Shown: positions 10,503-20,540, counted from the whole stretch's first letter. The stretch is 63,954 nucleotides of DNA, filler included, from an uncultured Bacteriovoracaceae bacterium (GCA_964636255.1; 7 parts of 7 records of this genome joined end to end with filler, not necessarily neighbours in it), one strand, 5' to 3'. Program-made: numbers and translations. The notes: generated from the sequence alone by a model not told the origin.

Positions 10503-10612
10503 CCTAATCCTGACGTATTTTAGGGAGGAGCATTGAAGTCCGAACTCACCGAGCAATCCGGTGGGCGACTGCGAAGTCAACAAGTCGCTCAATGCAGAGC
10601 GTAGGTTTGGAC
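10503..10612 (+). other. Structured non-coding element (multi-stem, possible pseudoknot) upstream of the HUH/RAYT-like gene
   Basis: Pairings GCATTGA 10530-36/TCAATGC 10589-95, CTCACCG 10545-51/CGGTGGG 10559-65, GCGACT 10565-70/AGTCGC 10583-88, and crossing GTCCGAAC 10538-45/GTTTGGAC 10605-12; G-T wobbles favour the + strand. Confidence 0.4.
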
Positions 10613-10687
10613 GCCGCAATCTGGAGCTCCGAATTAGATCTTTGTTTTTTGATCAAGCAAAAATTATGTTTAAAAACTCGCAAGGTC

Positions 10688-10716
10688 TTGACAAAAACTC
10701 TCACTTTTCATACCTT
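10688..10716 (+). promoter_or_regulatory. sigma70-type promoter for the RAYT-like gene (probably leaderless transcript)
   Basis: TTGACA-17 nt-TACCTT; ATG at 10724 follows 7 nt later. Confidence 0.55.
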
Positions 10717-10723
10717 CGTACAC

Positions 10724-11281
10724 ATGAAGCGTAGTCGACAACTATCGATCGACCCGGCACTGGATCAATTACCTAAAGCTTTTGGAGGTGAATTGATGAA
10801 AAGTCGCAAAGGTCGGCAAGGCTTTCGTCCTTTGGTTACCAAGAGCACGATGCATCTGGTGCTGCGATCAAGCGTGGCCCGTGGAAATTGGTCGTTCAGG
10901 ACGCAGAATAACGACAAAATGATTCGGAAGATTATAGAACGTTTCTCATCTAAGTACGCAGTCCGGATTCTTTCTCTGGCGAATGTAGGAAATCATCTCC
11001 ACCTGCAAATTCATCTTACAAAGAGAGTTCTCTATAAACCTTTTATTCGAGCCATCACGGCGGCAATCGCGATGGCGGTCACGGGGGCCAGTCGTTGGAA
11101 GAAGCTCAATGTTAAATTCTGGGATTATCGTCCCTTCACCCGCATTGTTGTGGGCAGAAGAGCTTATCTGACACTCAGAGATTACATTCGAATTAATATC
11201 CTCGAAGGCCAGGGGGTTCCCCGCGCCAAGGCCACCTTCTGGCTGAAGAATCGACAAGCGGCTACTTCACTTTGGAGCTGA
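10724..11281 (+). CDS. HUH Y1 tyrosine transposase-like protein (IS200/RAYT family)
   Basis: MHLVLRS, NVGNHLHL (HUH motif), FWDYRPFTRIV and LRDYIRIN (catalytic Tyr). Confidence 0.8.
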   Translation: MKRSRQLSIDPALDQLPKAFGGELMKSRKGRQGFRPLVTKSTMHLVLRSSVARGNWSFRTQNNDKMIRKIIERFSSKYAVRILSLANVGNHLHLQIHLTKRVLYKPFIRAITAAIAMAVTGASRWKKLNVKFWDYRPFTRIVVGRRAYLTLRDYIRINILEGQGVPRAKATFWLKNRQAATSLWS

Positions 11282-11290
11282 TGTGAGTTT

Positions 11291-12364
11291 CTATTTAGAG
11301 GCGAAGGAGAAGCCCGCGTTCTCGACGGCCCGCCGGAATTCCGGACGCAATATGGGTTGCCCCTGGGAGTCCATGTTTGCATTGGACATCTCAGCGCCGT
11401 GAACTACCGTCTTTGTCATTACGTAAACATCTTCGTAATCCGGTCCACCGTAAAGGATTTTTGGCAAGATGAATTGCACGAAGGTTCCGCTTTTCATCTG
11501 CATTTCCAAATCTCCTAGGTGCTCCTGAAGTGTTACTTGTTTTTCACGCAGTCCGCTGTGATAAGAAAACGAACACATTGCTTGCGGGTTTATTGAAGCA
11601 AGTTCCTTGAAAATCTGAACCTGCGTGCGAAAACCCTTTAACTCGTTGACCAATCGATGCTGGTAAAACTGCGTTTGTGCCCGCTCAGCTAGACTCATCG
11701 CCCGTAAACGTTCCTCCGAGGGGGAAAATAATCCGGGCTTGGACTGATTGAAGAGATCTTCTGCCGTCTTGACGTTGCGTAGCCGAGTGGCATGAGTGTC
11801 TGCACTACATGTTGTCTGCATCACGCTGGCGAAAAAAATCAGTGCTTGCTCGGGTTGCGTTTGGAAATTCATAGAGAGCGACGCCACATTTTTCGACGGG
11901 TCGCCTGCCGCGGGGCCATACTCGTGATGAAAATCCGGAGACTGTGGATCGTATTTGATGGGCGTTCGCACTTTATCAAGTGCTTCGTAGCAGCGGATGA
12001 GTTCGGGGCCCGACGGAGTTTTTTCAAGCAGCCGTTTCAAGTCGTCGATATATTGCTGGCCAGCCTGCTTACGATCCACTTCATTTTTGTAGCGAGTTAG
12101 AAAATTTTGGAGGGATAGTGCGGCTGAGCCGGCCTGGGGCTCCGGGCTTTTATCTGCGCGGGCGCAGGCCTGCAGTAAGTCGCTATTGGAGGGCGTGTCC
12201 CCTGGAATTTTTGTACGTAGACCCGTAGGGCTTTTGGGCGCCGGGCTTCCAGCATCAGTTTGTTGGCCTGCGCTATGTCCGACGGTGTCCTTGCCATTGG
12301 CGGTCTGGGCTAACAATAAGCAAAGTGTAAATACGACTCCCAGGTTCGATATTTTTTTTTGCAT
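11291..12364 (-). CDS. Hypothetical secreted protein
   Basis: Signal peptide MQKKISNLGVVFTLCLLLAQTANG; the track start at 12406 abuts the glnA terminator tail, so 12364 is preferred. Confidence 0.7.
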   Translation of the reverse strand: MQKKISNLGVVFTLCLLLAQTANGKDTVGHSAGQQTDAGSPAPKSPTGLRTKIPGDTPSNSDLLQACARADKSPEPQAGSAALSLQNFLTRYKNEVDRKQAGQQYIDDLKRLLEKTPSGPELIRCYEALDKVRTPIKYDPQSPDFHHEYGPAAGDPSKNVASLSMNFQTQPEQALIFFASVMQTTCSADTHATRLRNVKTAEDLFNQSKPGLFSPSEERLRAMSLAERAQTQFYQHRLVNELKGFRTQVQIFKELASINPQAMCSFSYHSGLREKQVTLQEHLGDLEMQMKSGTFVQFILPKILYGGPDYEDVYVMTKTVVHGAEMSNANMDSQGQPILRPEFRRAVENAGFSFASK

Positions 12365-12406
12365 TCCAATCCCTATCGGCGCATTTTTAAAGACTGTTGA
12401 ATCCAT

Positions 12407-12445
12407 AAAAAAAACCGAACTCCCACAAGGGAGTCCGGCTTTTTT
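12407..12445 (-). terminator. Rho-independent terminator of glutamine synthetase gene
   Basis: Minus strand GCCGGACTCCC-TTGT-GGGAGTTCGGT followed by a T run; T run on the other side too. Confidence 0.85.
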
Positions 12446-12467
12446 AATGGAAATATTTGAGTGCGAA

Positions 12468-13535
12468 TTAGCCCAATTTACAAATCGTCTTCAGCAAACG
12501 TGTCGCGACCACATAGGGGTCGAGGTTTGCAGCCGGCCGACGGTCTTCGAGATAGCCGTAACCGTTGTTGGCAACACCGCGCGGAATGCGGATCGAGCAA
12601 CCACGGTCAGCAACACCGCTCTTGAATTGGTGGATGCTGCACGTTTCGTGATGGCCCGTTAGGCGCAGTTGGTTGTCGGCGCCGTAAACTTCGATGTGTT
12701 CTGCGTGTTTTTCGCCCAAGAGTTTGATCGCGTCTTCAATGGCTGCGCGGCCAGTTTTCGGATCGCGCATGGATTTCGTCGAAAAATTCGTGTGGCCGCC
12801 CGAACCGTTCCAATCACCGCGAACGGGTTTAGGATGAAGAGTCGCTTCGACGCCGAAATCTTCAGCGACACGGTAAAGTAACCAGCGCCCGATCCACAGG
12901 TGGTCCGAAACCAAAAGTGCATCGCCGTTTTCGCCGGGAACGCCACGATAGCCGATTTGGAATTCCCATTGTCCTGGCATGACCTCGGCGTTGATGCCGT
13001 AAATCATAAGTCCCGCATCCAAGCAGGCCTGAGTATGAGCTTCTACAATCGGGCGGCCAAAGGTTTGATCCGCACCGACGCCACAATAGAAGGGACCTTG
13101 GGGAGCCGGGTAACCTTTATCGGGAAAACCAAGAGGGCGCGTGCCTTCCATCAGGGTGTACTCTTGTTCAAATCCAAACCAGGGATCTTCCTTTTGTGCG
13201 CCGGCTTCCAATACTGCTCGGAGTTTTGCACGTTGGTTTGAGGGGTGGGGGGTCGTTCCGTCGGGATTGTAGACCTCGCAAAGGGCAAGAAAATTTCCGG
13301 CACCACGTACTGGATCTTCAACAACGCGCACCGCCTTTAGGATGCAATCCGAGTCATGACCTGTGGCCTGGTAGGTCGATGAGCCATCAAAACTCCATTC
13401 GGGAATGTCTTCCGCTTTGGGTGTTTTGCCTTCCGTAAAAATGATTTTGGATTTCGAGCGCACTTTCTGAGTGGGTTCAGCTCCGTCGATCCAGATGTAT
13501 TCAATGAGTGAAAAATTTTTCTTATCGTAGGCCAT
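12468..13535 (-). CDS. glnII: Glutamine synthetase type II (GSII)
   Basis: EYIWIDG, WSFDGSST, WFGFEQEY, PQGPFYCGVGA, NAEVMPGQWEFQIG, RLTGHHET, GYLEDRRPAANLDPY; about 355 aa. Confidence 0.95.
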   Translation of the reverse strand: MAYDKKNFSLIEYIWIDGAEPTQKVRSKSKIIFTEGKTPKAEDIPEWSFDGSSTYQATGHDSDCILKAVRVVEDPVRGAGNFLALCEVYNPDGTTPHPSNQRAKLRAVLEAGAQKEDPWFGFEQEYTLMEGTRPLGFPDKGYPAPQGPFYCGVGADQTFGRPIVEAHTQACLDAGLMIYGINAEVMPGQWEFQIGYRGVPGENGDALLVSDHLWIGRWLLYRVAEDFGVEATLHPKPVRGDWNGSGGHTNFSTKSMRDPKTGRAAIEDAIKLLGEKHAEHIEVYGADNQLRLTGHHETCSIHQFKSGVADRGCSIRIPRGVANNGYGYLEDRRPAANLDPYVVATRLLKTICKLG

Positions 13536-13922
13536 CTTCTTATTTACCCCTTTTCCCATAAACTTATTTTATTTGTTTTACCGAGAACACGGACGCCAGA
13601 TTTTTTGGCGGCAGCTTCCCGGTTGATTCCCATTTTGATTGAAATGTGTCGGGCCTATTGGCAAGACCCCATTCAGGCGAGGCGATGGGGGTCTTTTAGG
13701 GGCAGTATCCCCTTTTGGTCAAGAACGGCTTATGGCTCATCTGGTCAGGTGGTGCCAGGGCGGGCTTCAAGACCTGTGGTCAAATCGCGAGCCTTGGGAA
13801 CGCAACGTGCTTGCTCTTAATTCCCCCTGGCAGGTGCATATGAAGGCTTAATAATGCTTTCGTAAATCTTCGGTTAAGACGTGGCTATTCCACTAAATTC
13901 TTGGAATTCTTCGGCTGCGGAT

Positions 13923-13931
13923 TGTTATACT
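13923..13931 (+). promoter_or_regulatory. Extended -10 promoter candidate for dksA
   Basis: TGTTATACT (TGn-TATACT) about 145 nt upstream of the ATG. Confidence 0.4.
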
Positions 13932-14077
13932 TAACCAGATGAGGAGTCTTTGACACCTCGCCGGATAATTGACTCAGGGACTGAGCGGCTTTCACGGAAA
14001 ATTTTCTTAAGGGATTAACCCGGCACGACGATAAGGGTGTCTTAGAGGACATAGCACCGCTGAAAGGGGAGTGTAGA

Positions 14078-14455
14078 ATGTTTGGTCCCGCAAAATTAGA
14101 GAAGTACAAGAAACAGTTGTTGGAGATGCGCGAAACGATTTTGAACCGTGGTATGGCTTATCGCGCTGATGCTCTTGCCATCAACCCAGATGATTTAGCG
14201 GATGAGTCGGACCACGCCGCCACCATTATTCAGCAAAGCGTTTCTTTGAACGTTCAGGAGCGTGATCGTTGGCTCTTGAAAGAGATCGAGCACGCTCTAT
14301 CGAAATTCGAAGAGGGAACTTACGGTTTCTGTGAAGACACCGAAGAGCCCATCGACGAAGGTCGATTGGAAGCTGCCCCCTATACCCGTTACTGCGTCGA
14401 AGCAGCCGAGCTTCGCGAAAAACAAGCAAAACGTTTTGCTCGAGTCGGTAGCTAA
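14078..14455 (+). CDS. dksA: DksA/TraR family transcription factor
   Basis: Coiled-coil tip ADESDHA, GTYGFCEDTEEPIDEGRLEAAPYTRYC; Shine-Dalgarno AAGGGGAG. Confidence 0.9.
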   Translation: MFGPAKLEKYKKQLLEMRETILNRGMAYRADALAINPDDLADESDHAATIIQQSVSLNVQERDRWLLKEIEHALSKFEEGTYGFCEDTEEPIDEGRLEAAPYTRYCVEAAELREKQAKRFARVGS

Positions 14456-14579
14456 CTAAAACAAAGGTCAAATCCCCTACGCACGTCAAAGCGTCGGGCG
14501 CTTCCAGAAATGGAGGCGCCCGATTTTTTTTGTCGTCGAGTTTTTCGCTGGATTGCGATTGTTGATGCTTCCGAGTTTC

Positions 14580-15371
14580 CTACTCTGGATTTACCGGTTT
14601 TCGGTGTTTCTTGCGTAAATCTTCCAGATATATGTTCCAATGTTTTTTCACTATTTTTGCGGCTTCTTTCGGTTGATCGACAACATAGAGGTAGTCGAGA
14701 TCTTTGATGCTGATCATGCCTTCACGCACCAGAGAGCCATGAATGAAGTCGATCAACGGGCGCCAAAACTCTTTTCCCATCAAAATCACCGGAAAGTTCT
14801 CGACCTTACCGGTTTGAATGAGGGTCGCGGCTTCGAACATCTCGTCCAATGTCCCAAAGCCCCCCGGTAAGATCACAAAGGCGTGGGCATACTTCACAAG
14901 CATGACCTTGCGGACGAAGAAGAAATTGAAGTGCTCGTTGATGTCCACATAGGGATTCACATGCTGTTCGAATGGCAATTTGATGTTAAGGCCCACGGAT
15001 CGGGCTCCGGCCTCGTGAGCGCCTCTGTTAGAGGCTTCCATGGCACCCGGGCCGCCACCCGTAATGATGGTGAAACCGGCCTTTCCAATTTCGAAAGCTG
15101 TTTTTCGGGCTAGTTCATAGAGAGCCGATCCGGGTTTGGTGCGGGCACTGCCGAACATTGATATTCCGTTGGTGACTCCCGAGAGCGCCTCATAGCCTTT
15201 GATGAACTCCGACATGATCCGGAAGGTCCGCCAGGTCTCTTTTGCTGGACTATCTTCGCCACGGAGGAAGCGAATCTCCTCGAGTTTGGGCTCTTGATGT
15301 TTTCCTGACAGGGCATTTGCTGACACTGACAGTTTTTTCTTCTTAGTTTTTTTGACTCTACGACGCTGCAT
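14580..15371 (-). CDS. LOG family / TIGR00730 nucleotide phosphoribohydrolase
   Basis: FGSAR, TGGGPGAMEA, GLNIKLPFEQ, FFVRKVM, PGGFGTLDE. Confidence 0.92.
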   Translation of the reverse strand: MQRRRVKKTKKKKLSVSANALSGKHQEPKLEEIRFLRGEDSPAKETWRTFRIMSEFIKGYEALSGVTNGISMFGSARTKPGSALYELARKTAFEIGKAGFTIITGGGPGAMEASNRGAHEAGARSVGLNIKLPFEQHVNPYVDINEHFNFFFVRKVMLVKYAHAFVILPGGFGTLDEMFEAATLIQTGKVENFPVILMGKEFWRPLIDFIHGSLVREGMISIKDLDYLYVVDQPKEAAKIVKKHWNIYLEDLRKKHRKPVNPE

Positions 15372-15599
15372 ATAAATCCTCTCTGTTGACAAGTCTGAAA
15401 CTTAAGTCCTGTCATTACGTCCACTTAGAATATCAAACAAATTTTATTTCCGTTTGATTAACCCTGACAGGAATTTTTCGTGTCAAAAAAAGAGAGAGCA
15501 GGCATTTGACGGTTTCATGATTCGCTCTTTTAATAAATCTTAGGCAAGGCGAGATTTTAAAAGATCGCGGGTCCTAAAAACCAGGGGAGGGTTTTGAGG

Positions 15600-17156
15600 A
15601 TGGCGTATGGACGCGTAGTCTTCGTATTGGGCGCGCAGGTGGGTTTGGAGCCCGTCATGCACTTCTGCGAAGGTGTTAAAAACGGAAAAATTCCGTACAA
15701 CGAAGGCACAGTTCCACATTCCAAGGGACGCCTCAGCGATGCTGAGATTCTTGGCGTTCTGGGGCAAGTTTTCCAACTCGACAGTTTTTTGGCATCCGAA
15801 GAGATCGCAGTCTCTTGGGCTTTCTTGGGCGCAAAAAATAAAGCGGATATCACACATCTGGCACGGCTCTTTGGCTCGGTAGCGCTAGCTGAAGATGTTC
15901 ATAGCATGGACGCTCTCTATGAGCTCGATGCCGATGCACTCATTTATGTTCCTCTCGATGTACATGCTGCAAAACAGGTGGAGCAGCTGGCTCGCCTTTC
16001 AATGGTGATGCCGCGTATTCGGCACGTCGCTTTGACGGCTTCACCCAAATGGAATCACTCACAACTCATGGCGCTGAAGGAAAGCTGGGAATGGTTGGAT
16101 CCCCGACAGGCAACACGTTTACAGCATTTTGCAGAGGAGATCATTCGTATGAATGGTGGCATTACACGTAAGGAAATTCAAAAAATCGACCTGCCACAGA
16201 AATCGAACAACACCTCCTCGGTACCGGATCAACCGCAGATCATCACCAAGAGTCCNNNNNNNNNNNNNNNNNNNNNNNNNNNNNNNNNNNNNNNNNNNNN
16301 NNNNNNNNNNNNNNNNNNNNNNNNNNNNNNNNNNNNNNNNNNNNNNNNNNNNNNNGAAGATCTTTTCTACCGCCTGAACGTGATTCCCATTTTGATTCCA
16401 CCTCTGCGTGATCGCAAGGAAGATATTCAATTACTGTCGGAGTTTTTCATCAAGAAATTCAACCGCGAGAAAAATCGTCGAGTCACTGGCATCACACGTG
16501 CAGCCTTGCGCGCGATGACTGCCTACGAGTGGCCCGGCAACGTCCGAGAGCTTGAGAATCTGATGGAGCGTCTGGTGATTCTCAAATCCTCAGGGATGAT
16601 CGATATCCTCGACTTCCCCGAGAAGTACCGTCGCGTAAGCCTCTCGGACATTGAATACGAAGATCTCATGAATCCGAAACCGGTCTTCATGGTATCCAAC
16701 GAAAACAGCAACCTTCAACCCATGCAAAAAACTGAAAACTACAATGAATCTCGAAGAGAGGAGCCCACAATGAACAAGTCCATTCAATACCCTATGAAAA
16801 TCGAACAATCCGCTAACGGGATTCAAGAATCCCAACAAAAGGTCTCTGGTGAAAACCAAGGCATGCAGAGCGCTCAGAGCGAATTTGCAACTGAAGGCGG
16901 CATCAGCATCGAAGAAGCGATCCGAGTTTTGGCAGATCGTTTGATTTTCCCTGAAGAAGGTCTCGATTTTAATTCAATCGTCGATCAATTCGAAAACATT
17001 TTGATTCTTCAAGCCTTGGAGCGCACCGGTTGGAATCGTAATCGCGCAGCCGGCCTACTCCGACTGAACCGAACGACTTTGGTTGAGAAGCTGAAGAAAA
17101 AGCAACTTGTGCCCCCGATGCGCTTCGACAACAGAAGCCTAAGCGGCAACGCATAA
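15600..17156 (+). CDS. sigma54-dependent enhancer-binding protein (AAA+ with Fis-type HTH), central part hidden in an assembly gap
   Basis: EDLFYRLNVIPILIPPLRDRKEDI, YEWPGNVRELEN, ALERTGWNRNRAAGLLRLNRTTLVEK; Walker A, GAFTGA and Walker B fall in the N gap. Confidence 0.88.
   Translation: MAYGRVVFVLGAQVGLEPVMHFCEGVKNGKIPYNEGTVPHSKGRLSDAEILGVLGQVFQLDSFLASEEIAVSWAFLGAKNKADITHLARLFGSVALAEDVHSMDALYELDADALIYVPLDVHAAKQVEQLARLSMVMPRIRHVALTASPKWNHSQLMALKESWEWLDPRQATRLQHFAEEIIRMNGGITRKEIQKIDLPQKSNNTSSVPDQPQIITKSXXXXXXXXXXXXXXXXXXXXXXXXXXXXXXXXXXEDLFYRLNVIPILIPPLRDRKEDIQLLSEFFIKKFNREKNRRVTGITRAALRAMTAYEWPGNVRELENLMERLVILKSSGMIDILDFPEKYRRVSLSDIEYEDLMNPKPVFMVSNENSNLQPMQKTENYNESRREEPTMNKSIQYPMKIEQSANGIQESQQKVSGENQGMQSAQSEFATEGGISIEEAIRVLADRLIFPEEGLDFNSIVDQFENILILQALERTGWNRNRAAGLLRLNRTTLVEKLKKKQLVPPMRFDNRSLSGNA
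16256..16355. other. Scaffold gap (100 N placeholder)
   Basis: Run of 100 N with no linker; too short to hold the missing AAA+ core. Confidence 0.95.
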
Positions 17157-17201
17157 GGCTCATTTAATTCACAAGCTTTGCGCGTTGTATTTCGCGCATG
17201 G

Positions 17202-17244
17202 AAAAGCTCTGTTCGGAACTGCAGGTTCCGAGCGGAGCTTTTTT
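17202..17244 (+). terminator. Rho-independent terminator
   Basis: AAGCTCTGTTCGGAAC-TGCAG-GTTCCGAGCGGAGCTT then T run. Confidence 0.85.
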
Positions 17245-17437
17245 ATTTTGGAGACTTAATTGCGGCCAGAAGATCTTTCACAGGTTTGGAAGGTCCAGTC
17301 CTCAATAACCCGACCATTCCAGCATTTCGTCCTCGACCAATGGAAGTGTTTTCGATCGAGAGACCATTTTATAGACGGCACGTCCTGACCAACTCACGTC
17401 GGATTCTTCGCAACCCGCAGCGACTGCCGCCGCGAGA

Positions 17438-17537
17438 NNNNNNNNNNNNNNNNNNNNNNNNNNNNNNNNNNNNNNNNNNNNTTAATTAATTAANNNNNNN
17501 NNNNNNNNNNNNNNNNNNNNNNNNNNNNNNNNNNNNN
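17438..17537. other. Artificial contig linker
   Basis: N-TTAATTAATTAA-N, 100 nt, stops in all six frames. Confidence 0.97.
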
Positions 17538-17592
17538 GTCAGCCCCTACACTTGTAGGACCTCAGGTGTTCCAACACACGGGGCGCACTTCA
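17538..17592 (-). mobile_element. Terminal segment of an IS3-family (IS150-like) insertion sequence
   Basis: Reverse complement TGAAGTGCGCCCCGTGTGTTGGAACA...; TG/CA end; related to the ends at 46172 and 54907; sits at a contig edge. Confidence 0.75.
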
Positions 17593-20473
17593 GATTGTTG
17601 CAGATGAATGTGACGACGACATTGCTGATCAACTGAGGAACTTAGCAGCAATGTTTGCGACTCGAGTTTCTTTGCTAAGCATCTTTCCATTCAGGTCAAG
17701 AGACGCTACGAGGAACCCTGGCTCTGACGTTCGCCTTCTGGGGAAGATGTCCCGCTCCGACCTAACGACATTACTAAACGTTTTTCAGCTGCGACCTGAA
17801 GTGGAAGAATGGATTACTCAGATCTGTGATGGGTATCCGAAGCTCGCTCGAGTTTTGGCTGAAAGTGCAAAGAAAGAGACCGATAGTCTGACTCGCGAAA
17901 AGTTGATTGTATGGCTATCCGAAAATGAGATTTTTCGAGATGGAACCAGAAAAGACAAAGGATGGGTCAACTTAATTCTGACTCCCGACGATCAAGAGGT
18001 GCTCGGCGCATTGTCTCTTCTTACGGAGGTAGGATATGCAGGCCATCGTCAGAAGGAAAGCCATGTTATTTGCGATTTCTTTCAGATTAAAGAAGATGTT
18101 GCCGAGAGATCGGTTCAAAAAAATTTAGAGAAGGGCCTGCTTACGCAAGGCTCTGATTATGTTTACGTCACGCCGCTGATTCTCGCTTCGTATCTTTGTG
18201 CATATAAAATTGGTGGCATGAGAGCAGAAAAAATCAAAGAGTTTTCGGCAATGCTTCAAGGGTTTCCTCGCCCCCAGTTTGGCAAATCTGCTCTCGAGGC
18301 ATTCACAGAGAGAATTAAAATGTCTTCATTGGAAGAAGGCGCGCAAACTAAACTTCAAAGTGTCTTGGAGCATCTTGCCCCTTTTGATCAGGCCGTTCTG
18401 CAGTCAGAGGTTGTAGCAGAATTGGCCTTTGCATGTTGTCATTTTCAACCTCAATCATTTCTCACGTCCTTCGTTCGTGATCTGCGAACACGGTCGCCAG
18501 AAGAGGTAAAAACTTGGAGCGAAGGCCGACGACGCGTTGTTCGCTTCCTGGAATCCGCAGCTTACTATCCAGAGCTTTTTGATCAATCTGCTGAAGCGCT
18601 GTTTCTTTTAGCCAATGCTGAAAATGAAACATGGGCAAACAACGCTGCTGGAATTTGGTCCGGTTTTTTCTCTCCAGGACTGAGTGGTACGATGGCACCA
18701 CTGCCGCAGAGGGCAGCGTGGCTAATACGTTTGATTGAGTCAGGCAATGGGAGCCCTTCATTAGTCCAGAGGGCGGTTGAATCTATGTTGACACAAGCAT
18801 CAAGCAGAATGACGGGCCATGAAAATCAGCTTGGACTGCCAATCATTGAAGTGAAACATGGCTTTTTGATCAACGAGTACCACCAGGCTTTAACGGATCT
18901 GGTTGACGTCATAAAACGTCATTCGGAGCGGCTGCCAAATTTAATACGAGTGTTGGTTGATCGTCTTCGGGGTCTAACTAGATATGGGTTTATTCAAAAG
19001 CACATAGATGTAGTTTCCTGGTTAGTCGATCAAAGCAATAACGACCAAGTACTTCAACAGCGCTTACTCATCGCCAGCGAGATGGTACTTCAATTCGAGT
19101 CAACTCATTTGTCAGACGAGATAAAGAGCTTTTTTGAAGACTTAAGACATAAACTTGAGTTTGAAACTTTTCAAAATAATGTTCGCAGATGGAGTTTCGA
19201 ACCTTTATTGGGTGACTATAAACTTGAAAAGGAAGAGAAAAATCCACTCCAAAAGCTGATTCGTGAAATCATCAATGACCCTAAGAAAATAATGGTAGCT
19301 GAGAGCGTATTGTCACACCCGAAAGCTACACGTTCGTGGTTTGTGATGTACAAACTCGGTGAGACAGATAAGGCACGAGTTTTGTGGCCGTACCTTGCAC
19401 GTTGGCCGAAGGGTAACGAACAAGATGCATTAGTCTCTCGGTATTTGGTCGGTCAATTCTACGGTGGCGCCGATCGGGGTTGGATTGATGATCAATTAGA
19501 TGCACTGAACGAAAAGTCGAATGCTAAAGATGCCATTGCAGATTCTTCAAAAGAAATCGAAACAGAAAGATCATTCTTTCGTCTTTTGGAATTGGCTAAT
19601 TCGATGCCGGAGTATATCAGGCTACTTGTATTTGGCGGGCGTGCCTCTCGACTTTCCCCGGAAGAAATGACCCGCCTAATAGACTTCTTTCGCCTTAGCA
19701 AAAATCCGATGAAATTATCACCACTCTGGGATGTGTTGGGACAATACGTTCACAGTCACAAGACAGGTCTACCTCTCTCTGAGGCGCAGATTCAGTTTTT
19801 AATTTCCAGTTTGCACGCGCCAACAACGGGAAATATGACCGACTACTATCAAGATGAAGTTTTAAAGATTTTGCTTGATCACCACATCAATGAGTCTGTA
19901 GCGAAGTCATTAGCTCAGTCATGCATAGAGGTCATCATTGATGAACAGTCGGACTATAACCTCTGTCGGCGCTGTGGGGAGCTTCTCAAAAGTCTTAGTA
20001 GTGAGTGGCCGGATGAGGTGTTCAATACTGTATTTGGATTCTTGACGGCAAATGAGGGACATAGTCTTTTTAGACTGGAGAACATTTTAGATGATTGGGC
20101 TGAAGGACCTTTTCTAGAGCGTTTGGAGACTGAAGCTCATGTCGCTGATGAGAAGACCGGAGAACTCATTGCTCGACTGATGCCAGGTAGTTACGGTGCA
20201 TTGAACGATATCGGAGCCATTTTGTTAAAAAGGTTTCCGTCGAACGATGCAATTGGCTCAGCCATTGTTCGTGCATTTTTATCAGGATTATTTAGTGGCC
20301 CAATTATTGACCGCTTAGCAGATCAGATTGAGTCTCTTGATAACTGGAGCACTCAGCACAAACTTCAAAATGATCAGATGGTAGTTCGCTTAAGAGCGTC
20401 TTTGGTACGCGAGCTTGAGGACACCAAAAAATCTGAAGAAGAAGCTGAATTTCTCAAAAAGGGAGATAGGTGA
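17593..20473 (+). pseudogene. STAND-class NTPase with long helical C-terminal region, N-terminus removed by IS insertion
   Basis: Frame is open from the IS end: IVADECD (Walker B), VSLLSI, ICDGYPKLA (GxP), winged-helix-like YVYVTPLILA, NETWANNAAGIW...LSGT; no Walker A. Confidence 0.65.
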
Positions 20474-20540
20474 TGTGTAGAAGTTTATACTTCGTCTGAC
20501 AGCTGACGCTTCAGTTATTCAATGGTGGGTGCTTCAGTTC

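Noticed and set aside
10530..10612. HDV-like or hammerhead ribozyme
   Set aside because: Crossing stems are present, but the HDV P3/L3 and J4/2 layout and the hammerhead CUGANGA/GAAA core are not
13794..13812. sigma54 promoter-like GG-N10-GC between glnII and dksA
   Set aside because: Poor match to TGGCAC-N5-TTGC and oriented away from glnII; too weak to call
16256..16355. sigma54 activator apparently lacking Walker A, GAFTGA and Walker B
   Set aside because: The missing core coincides with a 100-N placeholder gap, so this is not evidence of a natural deletion
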